From Monocercomonoides exilis PA203 (lineage: Eukaryota > Protista > Preaxostyla), in contig LSRY02000057.1 of NCBI GenBank assembly GCA_001643675.2, positions 434,001-498,000 on the forward strand: DNA of 64,000 nucleotides, written 5' to 3'. Shown piece by piece: positions 10,509 through 23,276 of this stretch; position 1 is the stretch's first letter, and the number at the start of each line of letters is the position of its first letter. A model generated the notes under the pieces. It made no database searches. It was given only the letters and a program-made list of their open reading frames with translations, and was not told the origin of the DNA. The translations under genes were made by a program, and so were the position numbers.

Positions 10509-12472
10509 AGCAGAATGGAGAGTTGGGGGCAGCCACAGATGAATCACTTGAAAAGGGAAAAAGAAAGAAAAACGTTGGCATATTTCTCGGAATAAAGAAT
10601 GATTGGAGATTAACAAAAAATTAAATGGTGCACTATTCTTAATTTCGTTGGATTTATCCAAGCAAAAAGCGAAGGGCAAAGGCATTTGCAAAAGGCACCA
10701 TTTAATTTTGATTAATTAATTATTATTCAAACGCACTTTTTTGTTTTGTTGAGCAAATTACAGATAAACTTTTTGTTGAAGGAAAGTTTGTGTGTGTGCC
10801 AAGACATTTTCCAAAACTTCTCGCTGGTGTTTTCTGGCATTCGTATCAAAGCAGCAGCTAATATGTGCGATTATTTTAATCACTGAATTACTTTTTTCTC
10901 GCTAATTTTGTCTAATTGCATCCTTCTAGCACATAATTTGGATAATTCAATATGCTGTGTGTGCTTATATTTAAATAATAATCTTTTTTGTTTCTCAAAA
11001 AGATTTGATTGAAGCTTGTTATTTCGAATTTAAAGCTATCATAACACCATTTCCAATAAGACTTTTTTTATTCCTTTTTAAAATAACTATTCTCTCATAT
11101 ATCTGCTTTTTGTCATTGCCATAGTTTAGTCTAAAAATGAAATCTAAATAATTATATGCAATAGTTTCTGCTTAACCTCCTATTTTCTCTCTTGAGAAGC
11201 AGATTTTTCGTTTTTCAGGTATGCACAAAAGTTATTCAAAATCAAAAAAAAACTTTCAAACAAATTCGAAATATTTGACAATAATCAAAAAAGCAACTAA
11301 CGTTTATTAAATAGAGATTAGAACATTTTGTTCTTGTGATTAAAAAAAATAATTAATTCATTATTTATTAACCACATAAAAAATAATTCCAAATGGAAAT
11401 ATTTGTGTTTATAATAGGGCTCACTTTTTATGGAGCATTTCCTTTATTGACATTTTTTATTTATATTTGTCTGTTAATTACAGAAAAGAATGTAATGGTT
11501 TTCAGCATATATATAAACATTTCAGATATATCTTCCACAATTTATCAACAATTAGTTTTGGGAAAGGGTCACTTATTGACTCCTTCTTATTTTGCACTGA
11601 AGACTTAAATAGTTTTTATTATTTGATATTTCATATCGATTTTTTGAATTTGAGATTGCGCGAATATATGGGTGATTGCTTTTGATATCACATGTTTTCA
11701 ATCAAAATTTTTGATTTGAAGAATTTTTGTATATTAATGAACGAACAATGAAAAGTGATTACGCCTTTTTGTGATAATTTTATCATGAACAAATCACAAT
11801 CAATGGTTTTAAAAACAATTATTATTCATTCAACATTCGAATAGTTAAGTTCTTGTTAAAGACAAAATACATTTATTCAAACAACTTTTCGAAAAAAGTT
11901 AAGATTTCAAAAATAATCGCACACATGTCAAAATGCCTTTGGATCAATAAATCTGATTCTAATGGAAACTTATAAAAGTATCAATCTTCAGAATGGATTG
12001 AGCTGCAAAACCCTCGTCAGCCTTCAAACATTTATCAACGATTTCATTGTTCGAATGATTAGTAATTTCTTTATGAAAGGTCAGTAATTTATCGGTACCC
12101 AAAAAATTAATCGGGACCTAAAATTTCTGGCTCCCAAGAGCACTTTTAGAAAAAAAATAAAATAACAGAAAACCTTCAAAATATTTTTATTTTCTTTTCC
12201 TGAAAATATTTTTTCTTTTTTTTTTTGAATTTTAGTGAAAAGATCTCGAATATTTTGTTTCATTTTTAAGATCAATGACTTGCTCACTTTTCAACGAGAT
12301 TTTTGTTTTGAGTGTCCTGAGTGTTGTTATTACCATAGAACTTGACTATTTAATACTTTTATTCATCTTATTTTATTAAACACTTCGCTTTTTATTGTTA
12401 TTTTGCACATTTTCATATATACAGATGAAATTTGAATGAACATTAAAGTTTGCAATTGTTTTTTTAATGTGT
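4199..12472 (+). repeat. Left arm (~8.27 kb) of a giant inverted repeat
   Basis: Reverse complement of 12671-20939. Mirror ORFs have identical translations (e.g. 11393..11608 + and 13535..13750 -; 4973..5425 - and 19713..20165 +). Coordinate sums are 25138-25143. Confidence 0.97.
10617..10709. repeat. 15-bp perfect inverted repeat (AAAATTAAATGGTGC/GCACCATTTAATTTT) with 63-nt loop; mirrored at ~14429-14521
   Basis: Read directly ~110 bp after the stop codon of copy A. The inner 77 bp is flanked by TTAA on both sides. Confidence 0.6.
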
Positions 12473-12670
12473 ACTTCAATTGATAATATATTAATATATA
12501 TGTCAATCTTTCAAATTTTGAAACTAGATTATTTGATTTGAAATAATGAAACAATAAAAATAAAATACAAGTATATTTGAATTACAATCACTTTATAAAA
12601 AAATAAAAGATTTTTTTCCTTTAGCATTTCTCAATTTGTTATAAATTTTCAATTTTTCATCAATTGATGC

Positions 12671-15600
12671 ACACATTAAAAAAACAATTGCAAACTTTAA
12701 TGTTCATTCAAATTTCATCTGTATATATGAAAATGTGCAAAATAACAATAAAAAGCGAAGTGTTTAATAAAATAAGATGAATAAAAGTATTAAATAGTCA
12801 AGTTCTATGGTAATAACAACACTCAGGACACTCAAAACAAAAATCTCGTTGAAAAGTGAGCAAGTCATTGATCTTAAAAATGAAACAAAATATTCGAGAT
12901 CTTTTCACTAAAATTCAAAAAAAAAAAGAAAAAATATTTTCAGGAAAAGAAAATAAAAATATTTTGAAGGTTTTCTGTTATTTTATTTTTTTTCTAAAAG
13001 TGCTCTTGGGAGCCAGAAATTTTAGGTCCCGATTAATTTTTTGGGTACCGATAAATTACTGACCTTTCATAAAGAAATTACTAATCATTCGAACAATGAA
13101 ATCGTTGATAAATGTTTGAAGGCTGACGAGGGTTTTGCAGCTCAATCCATTCTGAAGATTGATACTTTTATAAGTTTCCATTAGAATCAGATTTATTGAT
13201 CCAAAGGCATTTTGACATGTGTGCGATTATTTTTGAAATCTTAACTTTTTTCGAAAAGTTGTTTGAATAAATGTATTTTGTCTTTAACAAGAACTTAACT
13301 ATTCGAATGTTGAATGAATAATAATTGTTTTTAAAACCATTGATTGTGATTTGTTCATGATAAAATTATCACAAAAAGGCGTAATCACTTTTCATTGTTC
13401 GTTCATTAATATACAAAAATTCTTCAAATCAAAAATTTTGATTGAAAACATGTGATATCAAAAGCAATCACCCATATATTCGCGCAATCTCAAATTCAAA
13501 AAATCGATATGAAATATCAAATAATAAAAACTATTTAAGTCTTCAGTGCAAAATAAGAAGGAGTCAATAAGTGACCCTTTCCCAAAACTAATTGTTGATA
13601 AATTGTGGAAGATATATCTGAAATGTTTATATATATGCTGAAAACCATTACATTCTTTTCTGTAATTAACAGACAAATATAAATAAAAAATGTCAATAAA
13701 GGAAATGCTCCATAAAAAGTGAGCCCTATTATAAACACAAATATTTCCATTTGGAATTATTTTTTATGTGGTTAATAAATAATGAATTAATTATTTTTTT
13801 AATCACAAGAACAAAATGTTCTAATCTCTATTTAATAAACGTTAGTTGCTTTTTGATTATTGTCAAATATTTCGAATTTGTTTGAAAGTTTTTTTGATTT
13901 TGAATAACTTTTGTGCATACCTGAAAAACGAAAAATCTGCTTCTCAAGAGAGAAAATAGGAGGTTAAGCAGAAACTATTGCATATAATTATTTAGATTTC
14001 ATTTTTAGACTAAACTATGGCAATGACAAAAAGCAGATATATGAGAGAATAGTTATTTTAAAAAGGAATAAAAAAGTCTTATTGGAAATGGTGTTATGAT
14101 AGCTTTAAATTCGAAATAACAAGCTTCAATCAAATCTTTTTGAGAAACAAAAAAGATTATTATTTAAATATAAGCACACACAGCATATTGAATTATCCAA
14201 ATTATGTGCTAGAAGGATGCAATTAGACAAAATTAGCGAGAAAAAAGTAATTCAGTGATTAAAATAATCGCACATATTAGCTGCTGCTTTGATACGAATG
14301 CCAGAAAACACCAGCGAGAAGTTTTGGAAAATGTCTTGGCACACACACAAACTTTCCTTCAACAAAAAGTTTATCTGTAATTTGCTCAACAAAACAAAAA
14401 AGTGCGTTTGAATAATAATTAATTAATCAAAATTAAATGGTGCCTTTTGCAAATGCCTTTGCCCTTCGCTTTTTGCTTGGATAAATCCAACGAAATTAAG
14501 AATAGTGCACCATTTAATTTTTTGTTAATCTCCAATCATTCTTTATTCCGAGAAATATGCCAACGTTTTTCTTTCTTTTTCCCTTTTCAAGTGATTCATC
14601 TGTGGCTGCCCCCAACTCTCCATTCTGCTTCATCCACTGCTTTCTCTTGTTTGTATTTCGCTTTCAGATCCAGAATGCAGCTTCACAATAACCCCGCTCC
14701 GCTCAATGTATTCTGACCCGCATTCCTCCGACCCTTCACAATATGCAATTGCATCTGACACTGTCGCCATCGTGTACCCCGATGGCAAGTGCCCAACCAG
14801 ATACCGCTTCACCTGCATCAACGATGCTCTCCTTTCTGGATCTCCATCCAACCCGTTTTCCACCGCTTCACACATCTCTGATCCACGTATGCTCTCCATT
14901 CCTGGCCTCTCCCCATTCTTTATCTTCTCTCCAGCTGTCTCAGCCTCATACTCCCCAAACGGAATCTGCAGCGTCAAACACTCCCACAGCATCATCCCTA
15001 TCGAGAACACCACCGTCTTTTTCGTTGCATGCTTTTTGTCCCATTCAGCAGCTCTGGTGCCTTCCATCGCAAACACTCCTTTCTGTTGTCTTCATCATCC
15101 TCAAAGGCAGATGAGGGCAAAGAGTCGCTTTCATCATCACTTGCTGATGTCACAACTGTTGATGAAGATATGGAGGACGAAGTGTCTGAGTCTGATGAAC
15201 AATCTGAGTGCATGGCAATGCAGATGACCATGTGCTCGGAGAACAGCACAATGTGCGGACTCAGACTGCCCAGCGACTGAAGAGGGTTTTCCATTTCATC
15301 AAACGAGTGAAGGGCGAGATTAGCCACCCAGAACAGGATCTGGGCAGCTGTCATTTCTCTCTCTTGAAGACTTCCAATCGCCATCTCTTTTTTTCTCATT
15401 TCTCCCATGAAGAAGCATGAACAGCGAATCCCTCAGATCCACAATCAGCTTCTCATGTGGTGATGAACAGGCCATTGCATCCACCAAGTTCGACATCGAC
15501 GAGGTTGTCGGACACAGATCCTCTCCTCGAACAAATGTTGAATCTGAATCAGTCGTATCTGATGTTGAAGTGGATGAAATGGATGGGGAAGGCGTTCTCT

Positions 15601-18600
15601 TTCTCGATATATCATCATCTTCTTCTTCTTTCTCCAGCATCCATTGAGGAATCTTGTCTGAGTCTCTTCCAAGGATGTATTCAGTTGATCCACTCTCAGA
15701 GAGAAGATGCTCTGATGACTCAGAATGTTGCATATTCGTATCATACACCCTCTTCTTCATCCTCTCATCATTTTTCTTCTCGGCTTCTCTTTCTGCTCTC
15801 CTCCACTGCTCCTCAGGTGACATCTCCATCGTTACCATCTCAAATGCCTTCGGATCCTTTCTGATGTTGTCGTTCACAATCTCTCTCAAATCTTCTGCTT
15901 CATTCTTGACCTTCTTCCATCGAACAATAAATAAAATAAATCCAATCAGAACAATCAACAATATGATGCCCATGATTATCACAATCAACAACCAATACGA
16001 TTTCCTTCTTTTCCTCCCTCGACAATCCTTTCATCTCCATTGGCCTTGGGCTCACTTCTGTTCTTCAGGATGAAAGGATCAGTGGATGATGGGTTTTTGG
16101 CATTTCCAAACAGAATGAGCACTCTCACCTCTGCCTCATCTCCTGCCTCACGAATTATCTCCCTTTTCAGTCTCCCTTCGACTTCTGTCTCCGATGCATA
16201 TCCGCTCTCATCAAACTCATATTTCTCTATCTGCTTTTCATCGCCCATCTGCTTTACAATCATGAATGACAAGTTGCACGGGAGAAGCAGCTTCCCTTTG
16301 AACACAACCTCCATTTCTTCTCCTTTCTCATTTTCTTCAATACTTTCCAATACTGGGATGAAGAATGGTGATGCTCTTTCAGAAATAATCCCTTCAAAGC
16401 TGCACCCATCATTCGACATCCAAAGTGAGGTATTATCCTTCAATCCATCTCCACCTTTCAAACTCATCACATTCAATGTTCCAGAATCTGAACAGATAAT
16501 GTTTCTTCTCAATGATGGATATCTATCAATAGATGGATTATTATTCACAAACTCCCCCTTTTCAATCATCACATTTCCTCCGCTCACAGTCATCCCTCCC
16601 TTTGAGGAGTTGCAGATTGTTGTGTCTTTCATCATCACGGAACTGCTAGAAAAATCAACAACTGAACCATTCCACTGACAGATCTTATTACCAACGCCAT
16701 TTATTTCTTCGGTATTATCAGCCAGGTTTCCTTCAAATGTGCACGAATCCATCAAGATATTCTCAGTCAAAGCGATTGCCACTTGGCTCCCCTTTGATGG
16801 CTCTGATGTGCATTTATGAAAAGAACAGTTGCACATCTCAAAGTTAGTCATGTGCTGAGCTGTGCAAATAATGCAAGGCCCAGAAGACAGCCGGCTGATG
16901 TTTGAGAATGATGATAACGTCAAAGATAAAACGAGTGAAGAATGGCCATTTTCAAATGAAATTAGACTTTCATTTTGCAAAGAGATATTTGTGACTGCCA
17001 ACTTTGAAATTATCACTTTCTCACTCTTTCCACATTCAATCACTGAGCTTGTGCACTGGACATTGCAAGCAGTCAGATCTTCAAATGTTGCTCTTTCTGA
17101 GCACAATATCTGGAACATTGGTTTTGAGAATTCCAAATACCCAATGCTACATCGATCTGCCTCAAATATCCCATTTTCAACAACCAGCAGAGAAAAAGTC
17201 AAAAAGGGTTTGTGAATTCTCCAATGATCCACTCTCCGATAGAAATGAAACAGATTCGAGAATTAGAGATCCATTCAATTGGTGTATTAAGCACGAGCAG
17301 ACAACATTCTGCATTACACCAAAAACAAATGAAACTTTCTCAATTCTAACAGACTCTGATGTCGTCACAGCTCCTTCACCAGCCAAGTTCATCTCATTCA
17401 CTTTTATCTCAGCATTCCTGCTTGCCTCCATCGACTTGATTGTCACCTTTTGAGCTGAGCATGAACCAGCTAATATTGTCTCATTCCATATCAGCAGCTG
17501 CGAATAATCCGATGGAATGATGTGGCTCACCCCAACATTCAGCGATGAGCATGCACTCTTCATTTCCCCACAGTTCTTGCTGTTGCTACTGTTTCCCACA
17601 ATCGATGACACAAATATGAATTCGCTCCTGAACACATACACCCTCCCCAACAGATCCTCTTCGTCCCCATAATCGTCTGCTGTGCACCCCCATATCGCCA
17701 GCTCCTTCACAAATGGCTCCCCAAAGTTTATCAGGAACTGTGATTCACTTATCTGCGAGTCAAGGTCTATGCTCTTCACAAACACATCTCTCCCTTTCAA
17801 TGCAACATTCTCCTTGAATGTGATGTTCGACAGCACAAATGGCAAAGACTTCTTTGCAACACTCTGTGTTTTTAAAAACAATCCTCCGCCTCTCCCATTG
17901 TTCGAACAGAAACATTCTGTCACATTTGTGTGATTCATTTCCAGTCCCCCCTCTCTCATCGAGAAGGAAAAACATGCATCCTCCTTCATTCGAGCTTGCC
18001 GATCCACATTTATCAATTGTCGAATTCTCCATTTTCAATCTCATTTCATTCGGTACATCACAGAAAAGCAATGAAGGATTGCTTAACACGCTGTGCTTCA
18101 CATTCAAAAATAAACATTGCTCAAACAGAACATTCCACTCTTCTTCTGCATTATCATTTCCATTTTCTGGAATCTCATTTTCATTCATCACAATTGCACT
18201 TTTCCTGCTCAATGAAATTTCTTCAAAGGAAACATCGCTCACGGTTATCACACATCCAACTGATATGCTCATTATCTCATGCATTGATGCCAACCCTGCC
18301 ATCTTTGTCTTTTCAATCTCGACAATTCCTTTTGTGGCACTTATCAATACAAATGTCAATTCACCTTCAGCATTGTCACTTATGTGAATTGAACATCCTG
18401 CAATAGTCGTTTTGATTGCATCTGTACCTGTCTGGACGAGGATGTTTGCCTCGTTATCGAAGGCACTAGGGATCAGAATCCCCACTTCTTTGAATTGAAC
18501 AACCCCTTTGCATTCAACAACAGCATCCTTGTCTCCTTCAATTATTTTCACAAATTGAATTTTGTCTGTTTCGCCATTTGTTCCTTCCAGCCTCATCCCA

Positions 18601-20939
18601 CTCACACTCATTTCAGTCCTCACATCACAAGTCCCCTGAATGGCAATCGACTCAATCCCCAAACTACCCCCTCTCCTCATCCCATAATCAACAGATCCAC
18701 ACGGATACTCCAATAGCCCACACACAACCACATTGTTTCCTTCCTCTGCAACAAATACACTCGACCCAACCTCTTTCCAGAAATAGATCAGTGGGATTGC
18801 ACACTCTCTGTTTCCTCCATCATACCCTTTCATCGAATCTTCGGTCAGTATCTCCAGTCTATCTTTCACAAATGGCAGCGTTTCGTTCTTGATGCTGCTG
18901 ATAAGCGATAGAGATGAAACAAACAAATCTTTTCCATATTTTGCATTGTTCTGTTTGTCAGAAGAAAAAGTTGGAGAAGATATCACAAATGTTGCCTCGC
19001 CCATTTCACTCAACAAGTTCAACATTATTCCTCCTCCATATCCAACTTCTTCCCCTTCGTGCAGTGCTGTGCAATAATAAAACTCACACTCGCTCATCAA
19101 CAGATTCGTATTTGTGGATGCTTTATAAAAGAATGCACCACCTCCAATCTCTTCTTCCTCTCCTTCAACGGAACACCCTTCAAATGTGCAGTCATTTATT
19201 TCTGCTTTGTAATCGCTTCCATCATGACCATTCATTATGCTGATGCACCCTCCACTTCCCTTCGAACGAGTAATCGATGAAAATGTGCATCCTGTTATCT
19301 TCTCGATATTTCCATTGTGGCACTCAACAACACATCCATTGCCAAATGTGATTTCTCCAAAATCGCTGTTTGTTATATTCAGTGAAGGCCTTGAATTAAT
19401 ACTTCCCTCAACAATGAAAAACGATGAATCTCCTTTTTTATATTCACTGTTGAAAACTCAATCACTTCCACAGCTCCTCCAACAACACTCACAAACACTG
19501 TTGAAATAGAATCAGTGCCTCCTTCCATCCCACATTTGTTCAGTGTGAGTTTCCCTGAATGACACTCAAATACACTTTCATGAGATGAAAGCGATTGAAT
19601 CAAAGAAAATACAATGCTGGTCATTGACACAGAAACTGAGTTCTCAATCAATCCGCTTTGCGTTCCATCTGTCAGATCGGCAACACCACATTTCATTTCA
19701 TTCTGATTTGCCTTGATGTTCCATTCATCTGTCCTCAAGCTCACTTCATCCTCAAAGGCAAATGATTCAAAAATGGTTATGTCTTTTTTCTTCCCTTCAA
19801 AGTGGACTGATGCTGCCTTCTCAATCGTGGAGCATGGAAACTCTTTAAATCCACACATCGAAAAATCATGGCTCAGTGATCCTCCTCCAACAAATGCTGG
19901 CGCAGAAAAGTTATTCCACAAAAAAACACAAAGTGGAATTGGGAACGATTCATCTCCATTTTCAAATCCTTGCATTTTGCTCTTCGTCTCTAACGAATCA
20001 GTCAACGAAGCGATTTTCCCACTTTTTGCTGTTGTTTCCAGATCGATTGAGTCAATAAAAATGTCACTTCCCCATTTGGCTCTGTTCCCCTCAAATGCTG
20101 ATGAAACAAGAAACTCTACATTTATATCTCTCACTTTCAGCCCAACCCCTCCTCCTCTCCCTTGAGTAGTCGAGGCATAACAGTTTCTCACAATACCTCC
20201 ATTCATTGTCAATGAACCAACATTCCCCATTTCAATCATCATCCCTCCTCCAAACTCAGAGTCTTCACTCCCACAGCCATCAATCGTGCATCCATCAAGA
20301 GTTATTGAATATGACCCTTCACCCACATTCATCAGCGATGATCCTGCTGTTGTCCTCACAATGTTGCTGAATGTGCAGTTATCCAGAGACAATGAAACTG
20401 AAGATCCTTGAGGCAGAGATATCGCACTTGTGGTGCTGAATGTTTGTCCCCATCTCACACCCTTCATCTTCAAACTTCCCCCTTCCATCTTCACAAGCGA
20501 GTTCTGAATGCTCCTCTCTTCTGAATGATCTGCATCCATTGAAATATTCAATCTCTCCAAATTGATCCCTCCAGCCCCTTGAACCTCAAACAATATGCTT
20601 CTTCGGTTGTTTTCAAGTGACGAATTGTGAACCACTGACAGATCACTCACAGTCAACTCCCCTGTTCCAACGCAAAACAGGCTCAGTCCATTTGATTCAA
20701 ATTGTGTTTCAATGGCTGAGCCAGCTGGAGAAACTCCATTCACAAAGATTGTTTTCTCCCCAATATCAACTCCTTTTCCTTCCACAACTGTTCCACTCAA
20801 CACCTTGATTTCCTCCACAAATCCAGAAATCATTTGGGAAAGGCAATGGCTGATTGTGAAGCATGAGCAGCTTTCATTCAATCCACAGCTGAATGTGTCT
20901 TTTGCATTTGGCTGTGTTTGAACTGAAGCAACAAATCTT
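12671..20939 (-). repeat. Right arm of the giant inverted repeat
   Basis: Reverse complement of 4199-12472. The differences I found are homopolymer-length indels only. Confidence 0.97.
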
Positions 20940-22537
20940 ATTCTCCCTCCATCATTTCTCAGCCATTCACTTTTATCAACAATGGATGAATAATTTGTTG
21001 AAACTCTGTTTTTTGTTGTTCTAGTCGAAAAGCAAGTGTTATCAATAAGGTTTATTGTTGAGTTATAAATTACAATATCATTCCCTCCTTTATGAGCGAC
21101 GTTGTTGTGAAAAAAGCAGAAAAACATAATAATCTCTTTATATTTATTATTTTTGTCAATATATATTCCTCCTGCCCCTCCGATTGATAAACAATTCAAA
21201 AAGCAACATGAAAGGTAATACTTTTTGGCGTTGCATCTGATTATCTCACATGCTCCTCCAGCTGAACTTATTTCTAAATTTGCGCTGCAATAGTTAAACA
21301 AACAGTCGATCATGAGGATTTCTTGACCATTGACAGGACAATCTCCAACACTTATCCCACCTCCATCATTTCCTGACCAACAATCTTTGAAGAAACAATT
21401 TGAAGAAAAAGCTTTTGAAATTATTGCATAATAACAAATTCCACCACCTCCTCTATCTCCTTCAAGCATTGCACATGTGCAATTGTCGAACTTACAGTGT
21501 TCAACATTTGCCTCAAGGATATTTTCCCCATAAATACCACCTCCCCTTGTTTTTGTTGCTTCACAATTCGAAAATGAAGAATTGAGAACTGTGAGAATTG
21601 CATCTGGATTGTCGTGCACATAAAGTGCTCCACCACATTCAGCTGTTTCATTGATCCATTCACTCAACTCAAAGAATTGGGTCTCTGATGTGCTCAACCT
21701 GTTTCTTTTGTTCAGTGAGTTTTCGATTCTCATATTATTTATGAATGATGAATTTGTTGATGAAAATGAAGATGAATGAACAGTTCCACAAATGATTCCT
21801 CCTTGAAGTCCATTTGTTGAATCACATATTTGACAATTGTCAAGAACACTTTTCCAGGCTCCGAGTTTTATTTTTTCAAAATTTGAATTATGATATTGAG
21901 TAATGTTGAAAAAAGAACATTTTGATATTTCTTCAGAATCACAACATCCAGAATGTAGAATGCTTCCACAATTCAAAATCACATTGTTGCAGAATGATGA
22001 TTCAGATAATCTTAGTGAGGCTGTGAGTGACGTTGAAGAAAGGCTGCTCATTTGTTGATTTTTTGGAGACTGATATGAAACATTGAAGAGATTGAATAAG
22101 CCAAGACAATGAACAGGAGAAACACTCATCTTTTCTGATACAACAATTGTGATATGTTCAAACTCACACTTTGAAAAAGTATCTATTGATATGAAAGGTA
22201 TGGATCCATATGTTTTTATTATTAATGACGATGCAATCATTGATGCATTTGTTTCTACCATCGATGATTGGACTTCAGTCAGATCTCTTCTGTCACTGAT
22301 CAACATTAAGCCAAGATAAGAAATCTTGTTTGAATAATCAAAATCTTTCTGCTCTTTCCCAAAGAAAAATCCATCTTTTTCAAGCAACCGTGTGTAAATT
22401 GTTTTTGATTGAAAGTCATCATTTAACAAAGAAAAACTCTCCTGAGCTTTATTCATTTCTATTCCCTTCTCAAAGCGTTGGAAAGAATGAATCATCAAAA
22501 CGAATGCAATAACAGTCCATTTTTTAGAAACAATCAT
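14630..22537 (-). CDS. Paralogous giant surface/receptor-like protein (copy B) with a distinct N-terminal head; six homopolymer frameshifts in this assembly (sequencing error or young pseudogene)
   Basis: ATG 22537 with signal-like MIVSKKWTVIAFVLMIHS. ORF pieces 19379-22537, 17760-19235, 17177-18016, 15985-17232, 15320-15991, 14998-15408 and 14630-15076 tile the copy A protein. Breaks at ~19438, ~17948, ~17195, ~16004, ~15391 and ~15035. Confidence 0.85.
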
Positions 22538-23276
22538 TGTTTTTATTTAGCTTGTGGTTCTTGCTCACTTGTCAAAGATCTCTTTTCCCAGAATAACTAA
22601 TTTTCAATTGACAAATTGAGGTCTTATTTTTTCTTTTTGAAAAAAGCCACAATTTATTGTGAACTTTTCGTTTATTTTATTTTATTATAAGTCCAACATT
22701 GGCAAAAAATATAATAATGATAAAACAATAAATAACGAAAGAATTATAAAAGTTGAGCGAAACAAAAAACAGAAAGAAAAGTGCATCAAAATGAAAAGTC
22801 TTATCCAGCTGAATATTAATCACAACTGATTCCAGAAAAACTAGCCGAAAAATAGAAAAAATAACATCTCGAATAATTTGATTTTTGAATGATTATAACG
22901 TATTTTTTTTCACAAATTCCAAGGAGTATTTTTCCATTATTATTGAGTGATTTTTCATTTTTTAATTTGAACACTTAATATTTCTCATAGTCAACTTTGT
23001 TTAATATAACAACAACCAAATGATTTCCTTTGAACACTGAGATTTTCATTTGCGTGGGGTTTATAAAAGGATATTTATTATTTATTTTTATTTTTAGGGT
23101 GATTTATGTACCTGGACTTTAATTTATTTTTGGTTCGAAATAAAAAAAAATTTTTTTTCAAGCAATCCTATTTTGATAACAAAAATTGAAATGATTAATA
23201 ATGTATATAATCAACAAGTTCTCTCTTCATAATTTTTCTGGAATTTTTATAATTTGATTCATCGTCCAAAACATCA

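Noticed and set aside
11393-12554. Short ORFs in the palindrome's intergenic arm (and their mirrors)
   Set aside because: AT-rich with no recognisable motifs; duplicated only because of the inverted repeat.
4199-20939. Palindrome as a pure fold-back read artefact
   Set aside because: An artefact would not switch in frame into a different but homologous head with its own start codon and signal peptide. Read-level confirmation is still needed.
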